64,000 nt of DNA, taken from Squalus acanthias (taxonomy: Eukaryota). How positions within the stretch are numbered: position 1 is the first letter of the stretch; each line of letters opens with the position of its first letter. The position numbers were made by a program, and so were the translations under genes. Under the pieces are notes generated by a model, which saw nothing but the letters and a program-made list of their open reading frames with translations, made no database searches and was not told the DNA's origin. Of the stretch, positions 1-12,621 are shown piece after piece. Location of the stretch: NCBI GenBank assembly GCA_030390025.1, contig JASTWF010000036.1, positions 3,908,001 to 3,972,000 on the forward strand, in the 5' to 3' direction.

Positions 1-158
1 AGTGGCTTAAGTCGCTTAACCCTATAGTTTCCTCTTTCTTTTGCGGTGTTCAGGGGACCCTGTGCTGTAGATGCACCGTAGACTGTGGCACTAGTCCCCA
101 GGATAACCTGGACCACCAAACAAGCCCACTTTGCTTGGCTAACTTGGCTAAATTCTGA

Positions 159-520
159 CAGGGCTAGACAGACTGGATGCAGGGAGGATGTTTCCCCTGG
201 CGGGGGGGGTCTAGAACGAGGGGTCACAGTCTCAGGATACGGGGTAGGACATTTCGGACTGAGATGAGGAGAAATGTCTTCACTTACAGGGTGGTGAACC
301 TGTGGAATTCTCTACCACAGAAGGCTGTGGAGGCCCAGTCACTGAATATATTTAAGAAGGAGATAGATAGATTTCTAGACACAAAAGGCATCAAGGGGTA
401 TGGGGAGAGAGCGGGAATATGGTATTGAGATAGAGGATCAGCCATGATCATATTGAATGGCAGAGCAGGCTCGAAGGGCCGAATGGCCTACTCCTGCTCC
501 TATTTTTCTATGTTTCTATG
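159..520 (+). mobile_element. CR1 LINE 3' end
   Basis: RTRGHSLRIRGRTFRTEMRRNVFTYRVVNLWNSLP and ctatgtttctatg tail. Confidence 0.9.
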
Positions 521-875
521 GATACAGTTCTCTGTTGTACTTGGAAATCAATCAAATATTGAAGACGATGTTAATGGACTAAAACTCCTTGACCAGAGTT
601 AAGGATGTTCCTGCTTCCAAGTGCAGAGCTTTCAGCTGCCTGGTTGCCGTTTGTTTGAAGCCGCGCTGGACGTTCATTACAGAGCGGCTTTGATGACTGT
701 TGTAGACCAGGTGGCTCGCTTAGACTATCCAGCACCCCTGGTTGGAGGAGATGCGTGCAGATGTGGAAGGCTCCTTGTCGAGTGTTAAAACAATTGAAGT
801 TAGTTGGAGAGCAACGCAACTTGCCCTCGAGCACTGTTTGACCGCAAGCCATGCCAACTCTTTGCGCCCTGACAG

Positions 876-1131
876 GAAACGTACAAAGATGCCAGCAGCC
901 AGGTGCACACGTTGCGGAAGATGATCAAGGAGAAAGAGGAGGCTTTCCAGCGGCAGTTTCACCTGGAGAAACAGATGACGGATCTGCAACGCGGATCCAT
1001 TGGGGATTGTCCCGACGGAGGTTTTTCCATGCTGTCTCGATCTGCCATGGGTTCGGAACTAATGGAAACCATTCCTGCACCAGCTGCACCACCGACCCCT
1101 CCTCCACCGTCACTAGCTCCACCGTTACCAG
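876..1131 (+). CDS. FMNL3: Formin-like protein 3 exon (end of FH3/coiled coil, start of FH1); gene starts upstream of window
   Basis: gacag|GAAACG...CCAG|gtaaag; ETYKDASSQVHTLRKMIKEKEEAFQRQF...PAPAAPPTPPPPSLAPPLP resembles FMNL3 ETYENTSHQVHTLRRLIKEKEEAFQR; 256 nt, phase 0 to 1. Confidence 0.93.
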
Positions 1132-1875
1132 GTAAAGCTATGCTCCTCACCATTCGGGGAGAAAAAGGGGCCGGGGGGCGGGGTGGGGGGGGGGGGGAGA
1201 AACGGGTGCTGAAGCGATCTGTGGGAATGGTGCAGGGCGGATTGTGGGAAATCATGCAATGGTAGGCCGTCACCTGAGACCCATGGAATCGGACCCCCGG
1301 CAAAGTAAGCCAGAAAGGTGGGGGTGGGAGGTGGCAATGAGCATGGTCAGGGTGGTGAGGTGAGGGTGGCGGAAGGCCCAAGGTGTCCTCCTGCTTCTCC
1401 TGGCCCAGAAGGAACCTAAACCATACCCGTACCTCTTCTGGCCGCGATGCTGGCGGGTCCAGAACTGCGCGGCCCTTAGTCGTCCCGCAGTTAAAATGGC
1501 GCGCACGTCCGAATGATGTCATTGGGCCACGACTTTGCCATTTCAATTAGGCCCTCGCTTGCTGAGGTCCGGGCACCAGCTAAAATGGCGACTGATGTAA
1601 ATGGTTCTGTAATGGCGGGGCAAGTTCCCAAACCTGATTTTAACCCCCCCCCCCCCCCCCACCCCACTCCGCAGTGTTCCCGCTGGGTCAGCAGGTATAC
1701 AATCAACCCTACTGACTCTGTGATTTCAGGGAGTCTCAGTGATTTTGACCTGTTCACGGAACCAATATTTGAAATCACTCGGTTTTCAAAAGAGAACCAA
1801 AATCGCAAATAATATTAGTTTTGCCAAAAGCAGCTAACGTCACACCTCAAATCTGTTCTAAGCACTTTTACAACT

Positions 1876-2250
1876 TAGGAAGGAATGTTAAGCTGAACAA
1901 GCCCATACACTTTTTGACAGATTGATCCACCTTCTCTCCACAAACACGTCTAATTGCTTCTTCCACCCATTTATACTGTCTGCTTCAGTGCTCTTCCCTG
2001 GTAATTTATTACTCAACTCTAATTGCCCTTTGTGTAAAAAGATACCACCGGACTTCCCGCCTTGCTCCTTTTCCCATTTGAACGATCCCCTGGGATTGAA
2101 GCCTCTGCCACAGTGATCGACGCTGTCAATTCCCTTCATAGCCCCGACGACTTCAATCCGGTCACCTTGAAGTCTTGCCTTTATCAAAGGAAACCAGCCC
2201 GACGTTCCTTTAATCTTCCCTCTTGGCTTCAATTCCTTCCAAGTGCCATG
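1876..2250 (-). mobile_element. Degenerate CR1 3' fragment
   Basis: RLQGDRIEVVGAMKGIDSVD...NKLPGKSTEADSINGWKKQLDVF. Confidence 0.65.
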
Positions 2251-2789
2251 TAATCCTTCTTGCCTCTTTGCAAAAATGCAATCATTTGTGAGGTGAGGCT
2301 GATTTCGAGGCTGTCCTGTAATCTGGCTGAAATTGATTTTGAAACTTGGTACCTGTGGGCCTCGTGTGTCAACACTGCTCCCGCTTGTGCTGAGGAAATG
2401 AAGGTCCCTTGTCTCTGCCTTACTCTGCGCAGGGCTACGATGAGATCAGAAGTCGGCAATGTTCAAAGAACTTAAGACGTTTTGCAAGTAGAACTTAAAA
2501 AAAAAAACAACTTGCCTAAGTTAACTTCTTAATTAATTAAACAGCCTTACTGAATTTCATCAGAGGAAATGAAATGTAAATATGACTTAATACACCTTTT
2601 AGTGCAGATGAGGAGTTAGAAATAGGCCACAAAGGATCAAATGTAGCATGAAAGCTGAGAATGGAAATCCCAAATGATTAGAGATAAAGAGAAAAACACA
2701 CGCACATGGCTCAGAGCTGGAAAGTCACCTCTGTCCTGGTTAACTAGTAGGAGGAATTTTCCAACCTTTTGCAGATCAGTGAACGATAG

Positions 2790-4300
2790 ATTACATAGAC
2801 ATTACAGCACAGAAACAGGTTCACAAGAACCTCCTCCCACCCTACTTCATCTCACCCTATCTGCATAACCTTCTATTCCTTTCTCCCTCGTGTTTATCTA
2901 GCTTCCCCTTAAATCCATCTATGCTATTTGCCTCAACCACTCCTTATGGTAGCAAGTTCCACATTCTCACCACTCTCTGGGTAAAGAAATTTCTCTTGAA
3001 TTCCCTATTGGATTTATTAGTGACTATCTTATATTTATGGCCCCTAGTTCTGGTCTCCCCCACAAGTGGACACATCTCTATGTGTACCCTATCGAACCCT
3101 TTCATAATCTTAAAGACCTACATTAGGCCATCCCTAATAATATAATTGACAAATGAAGTTCAACACAGATAAATGTGGTATTACATTTTGGTAGGATAAA
3201 TGTGAGAAGTCGCACAACACCAGGTTATAGTCCAACAGCTTTATTTGAAATCACAAGCTTTCGGAGCGCTGCTCCTTCGTCAGGTGAAGTGAAGAGATGC
3301 ATATAGACACAGCATATATAGTCCGAGAACACTGCCAGATGATTGCAGTTAATCTTTCCAACTGCCCTTTATCACAGGGAGGTCACTTATTACTTGGAGG
3401 GTGCGAGTCTAGGTGGGGTAGAGGAACAAAGGGATCTCGGAGTACAAATACACAAATCACTAAAAGTTGCGACACAGGTTAGCAAGGCCATTAAAAATGC
3501 AAACCAAGCACTAGGGTTTATTTCTAGAGGTATAGAATTGAAAAGTAGGGAAGTTATGCTTAAACCTGTATCGAACCTTGGTTAGACCACACTTAGAGTA
3601 CCGTGTACAGTTCTGGTCGCCATATTATAAAAAGGATATTGAGGCAGTGGAGCGGGTGCGGAGAAGATTTACAAAGATGATACCAGAAATGCGAGGGTAT
3701 ACATATCAGGAAAGGATGAACAGGCTGTGTCTCTTTTTTCTCTTGAAAAAAGAAGGCTGAGGGGTGACCTAATAGAGGTCTTTAAAATTATGAGAGGTTT
3801 TGATAGAGTAGATACAGAGAGAATGTTTCCACTTGTGGGGAAGAGCATAACTAGAGGCCATCAATATAAGATAGTCACCAAGAAATCCAGTAGGGAATTC
3901 GGAAGAAATTTCTTTACCCAGAGAGTGGTGAGAATGTGGAACTCGCTACCATAGGGAGTGGTTGAAGCGAATAGTATAGATGCATTTAAGGGGAGGCTAG
4001 ACAAACATATGAGGGAGAAGGAATAGAGGGTTACGCTGATAGATTTAGATGAGGAAAGACGGGAGGAGGCTCGAGTGGAGCATAAACACCGGCATGGACT
4101 GGTTGGGCCGAATGGCCTGTTTCTGTGCCATATATCCTATGTAATCTCCTCGGTCTTCTCTGTTCTAGAGAAAAGAGCACCAGTCTTTCTTGATGAGTGT
4201 AACCTCTCAGTTCTGGTATCATCCTTGTAAATCTTTTTTGCACCTTCACTGGTGCCTCTATATCCTTTTTCTAATATGGAGACCAGAACTGTGCACGGTA
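2790..4300. mobile_element. Cluster of CR1 fragments (- 2790-3130; + 3148-4144; - 4148-4300)
   Basis: VRPHLEYRVQFWSPY and RRLRGDLIEVFKIMRGFDRV motifs on both strands. Confidence 0.88.
3201..3375 (-). mobile_element. Penelope-like element terminal fragment inserted in CR1, with minimal hammerhead motif
   Basis: interrupts CR1 RT sequence; minus strand tcac CTGACGA aggagc agc gctcc GAAA gctt gtga. Confidence 0.65.
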
Positions 4301-4783
4301 CTCCGAGATGCTCAGGAGAGTGCTGTGTGGAGTAGGCCTTACGATCTCCTGTATCACCTGCGCCAGCGGCAAATCTCCCAGTGGCACCACCTCAGACAGG
4401 GCAATGGAACAGTGCAGATGGAAGGTTTGCCGGAAACTTTGGGAATTGGCAGGCAACGTGGCTGATCCCTCCCAGATAGAACTTGTACACCTGATCTAAC
4501 TGCTTGAACATATCCGCACCCCCCCCCCCCCCCCCAACCTTTCCTCAAGACCATTGATGAATGGTAGGCTCAGATTCATCTTACGGCATTGTGTTTACAT
4601 TGGGCCTAATCTGCTGCCTTATTAAAAGGGGCCAGATTCAGTAGTAGCTTGACACTGTTGTGAGTTTACTCAGGTTAACAAATGTGCAAATGGGGCTGAA
4701 AGGCATTCTTGATCCTATTTAAGATGGGAATATTTTACTCAGAATGGTGCCACCTTTTCTGCTTGGAAAATATAATTTCTTCA

Positions 4784-4797
4784 CCACCAGGGGGCGT
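4784..4797 (+). promoter_or_regulatory. Candidate CTCF site
   Basis: CCACCAGGGGGCG matches the core CTCF consensus in non-repeat intron sequence; motif only. Confidence 0.4.
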
Positions 4798-5244
4798 TAT
4801 TGCTTCTCCTTCCTGGAGTGCATTCTGGGTAAGATGACCTGACCCATATGTGTACCTCATTCCGGCCAAGGAAGTTACAGGGATGACTGCAGATTATTGG
4901 CTTAAGGGCAATGGGTTGTTCTCCATGGGCGACATGGACCTATTTTTATTTAAATGGTTGCGCAGTTCTCAATATCTCCAGCCTGTTGGCATGCAAGTGT
5001 GCCATCAGCTGATCGTAGACTGGCACTGATGGTGCCTCTGGAGCAGCCCTCTTCCTGAATTGTCTCCTCCTTTGGGCGCAAGGATGAAAGGAAGTGTGCC
5101 AGTGGGAAGGATGTGCTGGGATGTCGAGTCACAAATTGGGCTTGAAGCAAAATCGGTGCACTGGCAATTTCAAACAAAATGTGTATGTTTTACCAGGATA
5201 GGTACGGACCAGGGGATTTTAATAACGTTTGTCTTTTCCTACAG

Positions 5245-5343
5245 GTCAGGCCCCACCGCCACCGCCGCCACCACCACCACCTCCTGCTGCTCCCCCGTTA
5301 CCTGGTAGTTCTCTAGCGGTTATCCTCAGTCATGGATTGTCAG
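5245..5343 (+). CDS. FMNL3: FMNL3 exon, FH1 polyproline
   Basis: cttttcctacag|GTCAG...TCAG|gtaacg; GQAPPPPPPPPPPAAPPLPGSSLAVILSHGLS; 99 nt, phase 1 to 1. Confidence 0.92.
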
Positions 5344-5599
5344 GTAACGGTCCATGTGTTATCTATCGTGATGAGACTTATTGCTGAAACTACCTTTATC
5401 AAAGAGCAATGCACTGAAAGGCCTTGGAAGTATAAGATGTGGTTTTAACAGGAGTTTCTGCGCCAGGTTCTGCTGTGTTTGACACAATACAAGTACTTTT
5501 TATTCTTCATGTGATTGAAATGCTACATTTGGAGCAGCGGGAATTTTTTGTTGTAATTTTCCAATTTTCTTGCTTTTTTGCTCCCCTCCCTCTCCTGAA

Positions 5600-5898
5600 A
5601 CCGCTGTCTCTCCCAATCTCTGGCACCTCCTCCAGCCCTACAACCCTCCGAGATATCTGCGCTCCTCCAATTCTGGCCTCTTGAGCATCCCCGATTTTAA
5701 TCGCTCCATTCTGTTGGCTAGGCCCTAAGCTCTGGAATTCCCTCCCTAAACCTCTCCGCCTCTCTCTCCTCCTTTAAGATGCTCCTTAAAACCTACCTCT
5801 TTGACCAAGCTTTTGGTGTCACATTTTAATAATGCTCCTGTGAAGCGCCTTGGGACGTTTTACTATGTTAAAGGCGCTGGATAAATGCAAGTTGTTGT
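5600..5898 (+). mobile_element. L2-type LINE 3' end
   Basis: ctctggaattccctccctaaac...aaaggcgctggataaatgcaagttgttgtt; other copies near 18444(-), 40230(-), 54950(-), 58690(-), 58870(+). Confidence 0.7.
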
Positions 5899-6107
5899 TA
5901 GGGCTGTGGTATGGCAGCCACCACCAAGAGATAAATCTCAAAGAAACTGTATTAACAGGGTTAATGGTACTTAAGATTGGTGAGCATAATTTTCCTTTTC
6001 AGTTCTTGGGCATGGCGCATCATGTGGGATTCCTGCCCCGTTCGTTTTTCCCATAACAGTAATGCAGCCTGTCCGATTTTCTGTCCAATTAGGTGGGCTG
6101 CATTCAG

Positions 6108-6507
6108 GACACAAACTAGGGTTGTATTCCTTGGAATTTAGAAGGTTAAGGGGTGCTCTGATCGAAGTTTTCAAGATATTAAGGAGAACAGATAGAGAGA
6201 AACTATTTCCGCTGGTTGGGGAGTCTAGGACCAGGGGACATAGCCTAAAAGTTAGAACCAGACCTTTCAAGAGTGAAGTTAGGAAACACTTCTACAAGCA
6301 AAAGTTTGGAACTCTCCCGCAAATGGCATTTAATGCTGGATCAATTGCTAAATTTAAATCTGAGTGGTAGATTTTTGTTAACCAAAGATATTAAGGGATA
6401 TGGGCCAAAGGCGGGTATATGGAGTTAGGTCACAGATCAGCCATGATCTCATTGAATGGCGGAACAGGCTTGAGGGGCTAAATGGCCTCCTCCTGTTCCT
6501 GTGACAT
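6108..6507 (+). mobile_element. CR1 3' end
   Basis: KLGLYSLEFRRLRGALIEVFKIL...SRTRGHSLK. Confidence 0.88.
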
Positions 6508-7289
6508 GTGATCCTCCCCGCCTGACCTTGCTATATGGTCTACCTCCAAGTTCTAAAGAGAAAGATTCCCCACTCGCACCCCATAAATTGCCCGGCCTGG
6601 CTGTTCATCACTCCAGAATACTGGAGGAGGTCAGTAATGAAACGACAAAGGGACTACCTATTAGCTCTGATGAGACTTGGAAAACTTGAGTGACATTCGC
6701 TGGAGCAGAGAATGTTAATAGGGAATGTAATAGAATTGTTCAAAGTAATGAGAGGATTTGAGAAGGGTAAGTGTTGAAAGCTTTGGTTGGTGAATAAGTA
6801 ACCAGGGGCATAAAGCTAGGATTAGTGCGAGAAACAGAAAAGGGGCAAATTCGAAGAATATTTTCACACAAATGTTTATTAAAATATGGAATGCATCACT
6901 GTAAGTGGTTACTGAAGAGGAGTCGACCACAACATTTAAGAGGGAGTTAGCTAATCACTTGAAGAAAAATATCAAAGGCTATGGAGAACCAGAACAGAAA
7001 TGCGATTACAGTAGAGGGCGCCTTTGAGGAGCTAGCATAGGCACAATGGGCAGAATGGCCTCCTTCTGTATATTTCCAAAAATGTGGCCAAACGTCACTC
7101 CTTCGACCAAACCTCAATCTTATTTGTGACATTTCGTTCTCGGCCTTTCACACTCTGGGGAAAACAGTCGAGGTCAAATTGTACAATTAGTGTTTTTGTA
7201 TCTTCTCGCTCTTCCCTTGGAGAATGGTATGAAGTAGTGGAACGATTCGCTGGCTGATTAACAGTCTTGACAGGCCGTGACGTGAACAC

Positions 7290-7542
7290 CCCTTCCATGG
7301 CTGTAACTATCTTTATATCAGTCGATAGGGCGATTAGTCCTATACAGCGGGAGGGGTTTACGGGCTCCCATAACCCATACAATGAGGGGGAGGCCACCCA
7401 CACCCACCGAACATGAGTATCCCGCTGGATAACCCAGAATTCAGAGCCGGAACTCCGGTCTCCACTCGCAGGGACTTTCCGGAGTGGGGTTCGAACCCTG
7501 CACCTTCTGGCTCTGAGGCGGGAATACTGCCACTGAGCCAGA
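7290..7542 (-). mobile_element. tRNA-headed SINE, unclassified body
   Basis: minus strand TGGCTCAGTGG (A box) and GGTTCGAACCC (B box); body unlike the Deu SINEs. Confidence 0.55.
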
Positions 7543-7600
7543 AACCCACTCCGTCATTAGTATTGTAGCCTGAGCTAAATCCTTTCCTTTCTCCTTTCAG

Positions 7601-7725
7601 CCATCCGGATAAAGAAACCAATTAAAACAAAATTCCGGTTGCCGGTATTTAACTGGATGGCTCTGAAACCCAACCAGATCAATGGGACGGTCTTCACCGA
7701 AATCGATGATGAAAAAATATTAGAG
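7601..7725 (+). CDS. FMNL3: FMNL3 exon, FH2 start (lasso)
   Basis: ctcctttcag|CCATC...AGAG|gtaagc; [42 protein letters not shown]; 125 nt, phase 1 to 0. Confidence 0.97.
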
Positions 7726-8339
7726 GTAAGCTGGGTGATTTGATTTGATTATTTACCCCCCCCCACCCCCCGGACCTCTTTGCTTCAAACAAGACGACAA
7801 GCATGTTAGGTCATGCCACAGGGCTGCAGGAGATCCAAAAAGGGCTTGGGACAAATCATCTTGTACACCCGCAGCACCTCCCCCCCCCCCCCCCCCCCCC
7901 ACCCCCGCCAAAATAATATTGAGCAACGTAAATGGTCCTATTAAATTTGCTTTGATTAAGTTCTCTTTACTATTTTGAACCATGGACATTTGTCCCATCC
8001 ATCCCGCTCCCCAGTCCTGGGTATGAACCTCAACAGTCCAAGACTTGCTCCACGTTGTTTGGATGATATGGCTAGATGTTGATTGTAGACATGCACAAGT
8101 ACACACAACATCCAACTGCAGGAAAAGTGCACAGGGAAGGTAGACGGTGATGAGATTGGGTAACAGTGGGAAAGATGCTACAATCCATATCCTTGGTAAG
8201 GTGGACCCAGAAAGGATGAAGGACAAGAACACAGTTGTCTGAGGTGTTTTGAAAGACCCTGCCGGAGCAGGGGCTGATCTTTCAAGGTTGTGGTTGATGC
8301 ACTTGTTTGGGTAAGGCATTACCCTGCATTTACCCAGTG

Positions 8340-10582
8340 CTCAACCTGGCCTGGGAATAAGATGTTGTGGCGTTAACGGAGACCTGGCTCAAAAAAGGGC
8401 AGGATTGGGTACTAAATATTCCTGGATATAAGGTGTGAAGGAAAGCAAGGAGGTGGGGTGGCAGTATTGATTAAGGAGAATATTACAGTACTGGAGAGAG
8501 AGGATGTCCTGGAGGGGGTCAAGGACACAATCTATTTGGTTAGAGTTGAGAAACAATAGAGGTGCCATTACACTACTAGGTGTATTCTATAGGCCGCCAA
8601 CTAGTGGGAAGGATATACAGGAGCAAATTAGAGAGGTGCAAGAACTATAGAGTAGTGATAATGGGGGACTTCAACTATCCTAATATAGACTGGGATAGTA
8701 ATAGTGTAAAGGGCAAAGAGGGGGAAGAATTTCTGAAGTGTGTTCAGGAGCAATTTCTTGATCAGTATGTTTCCGGCCCAACGAGGAAGGATGCATTGCT
8801 GGATCTGGTTTTGGGCAATGAGGTGGGTCAAGTAGAGCAAGTGTCAGTAGGGGAACATTTAGGGAACAGTGATCATAGTATCATAAGGTTTAGATTAGCT
8901 ATGGAAAAGGACAGGCAGCAATCTAGAGTAAAAATACTTAATTGGTGGAAAGCCAATTTGAGTGGGTTGAGATAGATCTGGCCTGGGTAAATTGGAATCA
9001 AAGATTGGCAGGCAAAACTGTAATTGAACAATGGGCTGCCTTTAAAGAGGAGATGGTTCGGGTACAGTTGAAGTACATTCCCACGAGGGGCAAAGGTAGG
9101 GCAACCAAAGCCAGAGCTCCCTGGATGACGAAAGAGAGTAAGATGAAGCAGAAAAAGTGGGCGAATGACAGATGTCAGGTTGAAAATACAAGTGAGAACC
9201 AGGCTGAATATAGAAAGGTCAGAGGGGAAGTGAAAAAGGAAATAAGAGGGGCAAAGCGAGTGTATGAGAATAGATTGGCAGCTAACATAAAAGGGAATCC
9301 AGAAGTCTTCTATAGGCATATAAATAGTAAATGGGTCGTAAGAGGAGGGGTGGGGCCGATTAGGGACCAAAATGGAGACCTACGCATAGAGGCAGAGGGC
9401 ATGGCTGAGGTACTAAATGAGTACTTTGCATCTGTCTTTACCAAGGAAGAAGATGCTGCCAAAGTCATAGTGAAAGAGGAGGTATTTGAGATACTGGATG
9501 GGATAGAAATTGATAAGGAGGAGGTACTAGAAAGGCTGGCTGTACTTAAAGTAGATAAGTCACCAGGACTGGATGGGATGCATCCTAGGATGCTGAGGGA
9601 AGTAAAGGTAGAAATTGCGGAGGTACTGGCCATAATCTTCCAATCCTCCTTGGATACGGGGCTGGTGTCAGAGGATAGGAGAATTGCAAATGTTACACCC
9701 TTGTTCAAAAAGGGTGCAAGAATAAACCCAGCAACTACAGGCCAGTCAGTTTAACCTCAGTAGTGGGGAAGCTTTTAGAAACGATAATCTAGGACAAAAT
9801 TAACAGTCACTTGGATAAGTATGGAGTAATTAAGGAAAGCCAATATGGATTTGTTAAGGGCAAATTGTGTTTAACTAAGTTGATTGAGTTTTTTGATGAG
9901 GTAACTGAGAGGGTTGATGAGGGCAATGCGGTTGATGTGGTGTACATGGACTTCCAAAAGGCGTTTGATAAAGTGCCACATAATAGGCTTGCCAGCAAAG
10001 TTGAAGCCCATGGAATAAAAGGGACAGTGGCAGCATGGATACGAAATTTGCTAAGTGACAGGGAACAGAGAGTAGTGGTGAACGGTTGTTTTTCGGACTG
10101 GAGGAAGGTATACAGTGGTGTTCCCCAGGGATCGGTACTAGGACCACTGCTTTTCTTGATATATATTAATGACTTAGACTTGGGTGTACAGGGCACAATT
10201 TCAAAATTTGCAGATGACACAAAACTTGGAAGTATAGTGAACAGTGAGGAGAAGAGTGATAGACTTCAGGAAGACATAGACAAGCTGGTGGAATGGGCGG
10301 ACACGTGGCAGATGAAATTTAACACAGAAAAGTGCGAAGTGATACATTTTGGTAGGAAGAACGAGGAGAGGCAATATAAACTAAAGGGTACAATCCTAAA
10401 GTGGGTGCAGGAACAGAGAGACCTGGGGGTATATGTGCACAAATCGTTGAAGGTGGCAGGGCAGGTTGAGAAAGCGGTTAAAAAAGCATATGGGATCCTG
10501 GGCTTCATAAATAGAGGCATAGAGTACAAAAGCAAGGAAGTTATGATGAACCTTTATAAAACACTGGTTTGGCCTCAACTGG
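8340..10582 (+). mobile_element. Long CR1 ORF2 relic (endonuclease C-terminus plus reverse transcriptase), frameshifted
   Basis: [62 protein letters not shown] across ORFs 8580-8975, 8942-9754, 9811-10743. Confidence 0.95.
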
Positions 10583-12418
10583 TGGAAACCAGACCAGTGA
10601 GGCAGGAAGTTAAAACGGAGTGGAGGACTTGCCCACTCCTTTCCCGCCCTGATATGACCAACTGTGATTTTAAATTGCGGGCGGCAAGGACACCCTCTCC
10701 CGAGCCGGCGGGGTCCTCTTTAAATATGCAGGTCGGGCTGTGATGATGTCAACGGGGCCTGATCTGCGATTTTAGCCCAAGGCCTGAGCGGGAGAGCATT
10801 GGTGGCTTCCCCACCAGGCCAAACCTGCCAGGAGCTGGATCGAGGGCCAGGAGAGGCCCAGCGAGGTAAGTTTGAAATGTTTTTCTTCGTTTCCTTGTGG
10901 GGCCAGGAGGGATCTGAATTCTCCTCTGGGCCCCACAAGGAAACCTTGGGCCTCCCTTGCACGGATTCCTGCTCCCGCCCACCGGCCAGGCAGTGATTCC
11001 TGCCGGGTTCGGGCGGGAGTCGGGGGCCTGACTAGTTAAAATGGCCTGCGAGTCAAAATCTCTTCGAGCCTCGGCCTGTGAGTTTGTTGTTTGCCCTGGC
11101 CCCTCCGCCGCACACACCAATCCCGCCCTGATTTAACGCCCTTGTATCTGTTATAGTGTAGTGAGCCTCTAACATCGTGGATTCATCCATGCAAGCCACA
11201 CAATACAACAGTCATGGACCAATCAGATCTTTGGGAGGGGCGAAGCATTCCACTTGCTTTTGGTTGCCATGATAGTTGTCCATTCTTCTCCTCCATCAAT
11301 CCTTTCCCCACTCTTTTCGGGCTTTGCTCCCTGCAAAGCTTCTGCTCTCTTACTGAAGCCCACCTGAAGTACACCAGCTCGGCTCCCCATTCTACCCCAG
11401 AGGACCATCCATCTCCACTCCCTCGCTACACCATTGTGGTTTTAGGTGCACCCTACTGCCACGTCTCCAGGCTTCAATCCAGCAGCTCTCCCCAGTCCCA
11501 GACTGTGCTCCTTGCGCCCATGTCATGCTCCCTGCACCTCCGCTCCTTTCCCTGGTGCCTTGCTGTCTCATGCCCAGCAATCTTGATGAGGCAGGTTCCC
11601 CTTGTGCTGACGGACCTATTCTTGCTGCCTCTCCACTCAGCCCAGCTCCCTCCTGGCCAAAACCTAAGGTCCCGCTGCCTAACCAACCCCAGGTCTCCCC
11701 ATACCCTCCTAGCCTCAGGTCACCGTGTTCCATGCGCCCGCCCCCATCATCAGCTGCAGTCTCCGTATCAGGCCAGTCAGTATCGCAACAGCAAGAGGAA
11801 TTGGTCCACAGCAGAGCTAAACCCCAAGGCCCCTCCCCGCCCACTCTCTTCAAGCCCAGACTCCAGCCCCCACCCCCCGCTCTTCCCAATCCAGACCTTA
11901 CCACCTCTCCCTCCCGGTTCCCAGGCTCCCACACTGTTCTCTCCTGAGCCTCCTATCCCAGCCCAAGCCCCATCCTCCAGTTTCTCCCTCACTCGCACGT
12001 GTTACAACTTCCAGACGGCCCCTCTCTCGCAGTCCACCAGGCCCAGTCCGGCCCCCGCCCGATCCCTGTACTCTCCTCCGTCAAACGTGTGAGAGCGACG
12101 GAGAGAGTGGGAGACGTACAGAGGAGCGATGCAACGGAGGGAAGGCGTGACTTGCAGAAAGAGGGAGACGGAGGGTGGCATCAAGAGTCAAGCAGAGAGA
12201 CAGCAATGAAAGTGTGCGAGAGCTGTAGCCAAAGAGAGGAAAAAGTGGAACACAAGCAGAAAGGCAGAGAGATGCACGCGGCAAGAACTGGCCACGTGCA
12301 GAGAGAAGGTTTCAATCACAGGGAGGCACAGTTTGAAAGCGAAATTGCCCGTGAGCACGGGAGACCGACGAGTATAAAATAATAATAAAGGTGTTTATCC
12401 AATCACTTTGTGCTGTAG

Positions 12419-12621
12419 GAGCTTGACCTGGATGAATTTGAAGACCTCTTCAAGACGAAAGCCCAGGGACCCTCCATTGAAATCTCCTGTCAGAAAAGCA
12501 AAAGTGCGCAGAAAGCACTGAGTAAAGTGACGCTGCTCGAAGCCAACCGAGCAAAGAATCTCGCCATTACACTGCGCAAGGCTGGCAAGACAACTGAAGA
12601 GATTTGCAGGGCCATTCAAAT
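12419..12621 (+). CDS. FMNL3: FMNL3 exon, FH2
   Basis: tgctgtag|GAG...CAAAT|gtatgt; [67 protein letters not shown]; 203 nt, phase 0 to 2. Confidence 0.97.

Noticed and set aside
7009..7022. CTCF-like motif CAGTAGAGGGCGCC
   Set aside because: Lies in a degenerate CR1 tail and lacks the first conserved C; motif alone is insufficient
9811..10743. 310-aa RT ORF as an active or domesticated gene
   Set aside because: Part of a frameshifted, truncated CR1; its C-terminus reads into an unrelated insertion
11214..12382. Long Pro/Ser-rich ORFs (292, 180, 140, 127 aa) as an extra FH1 exon or novel gene
   Set aside because: Low-complexity C-rich sequence with no recognisable domain; the flanking FMNL3 exons (7725 and 12419) join seamlessly
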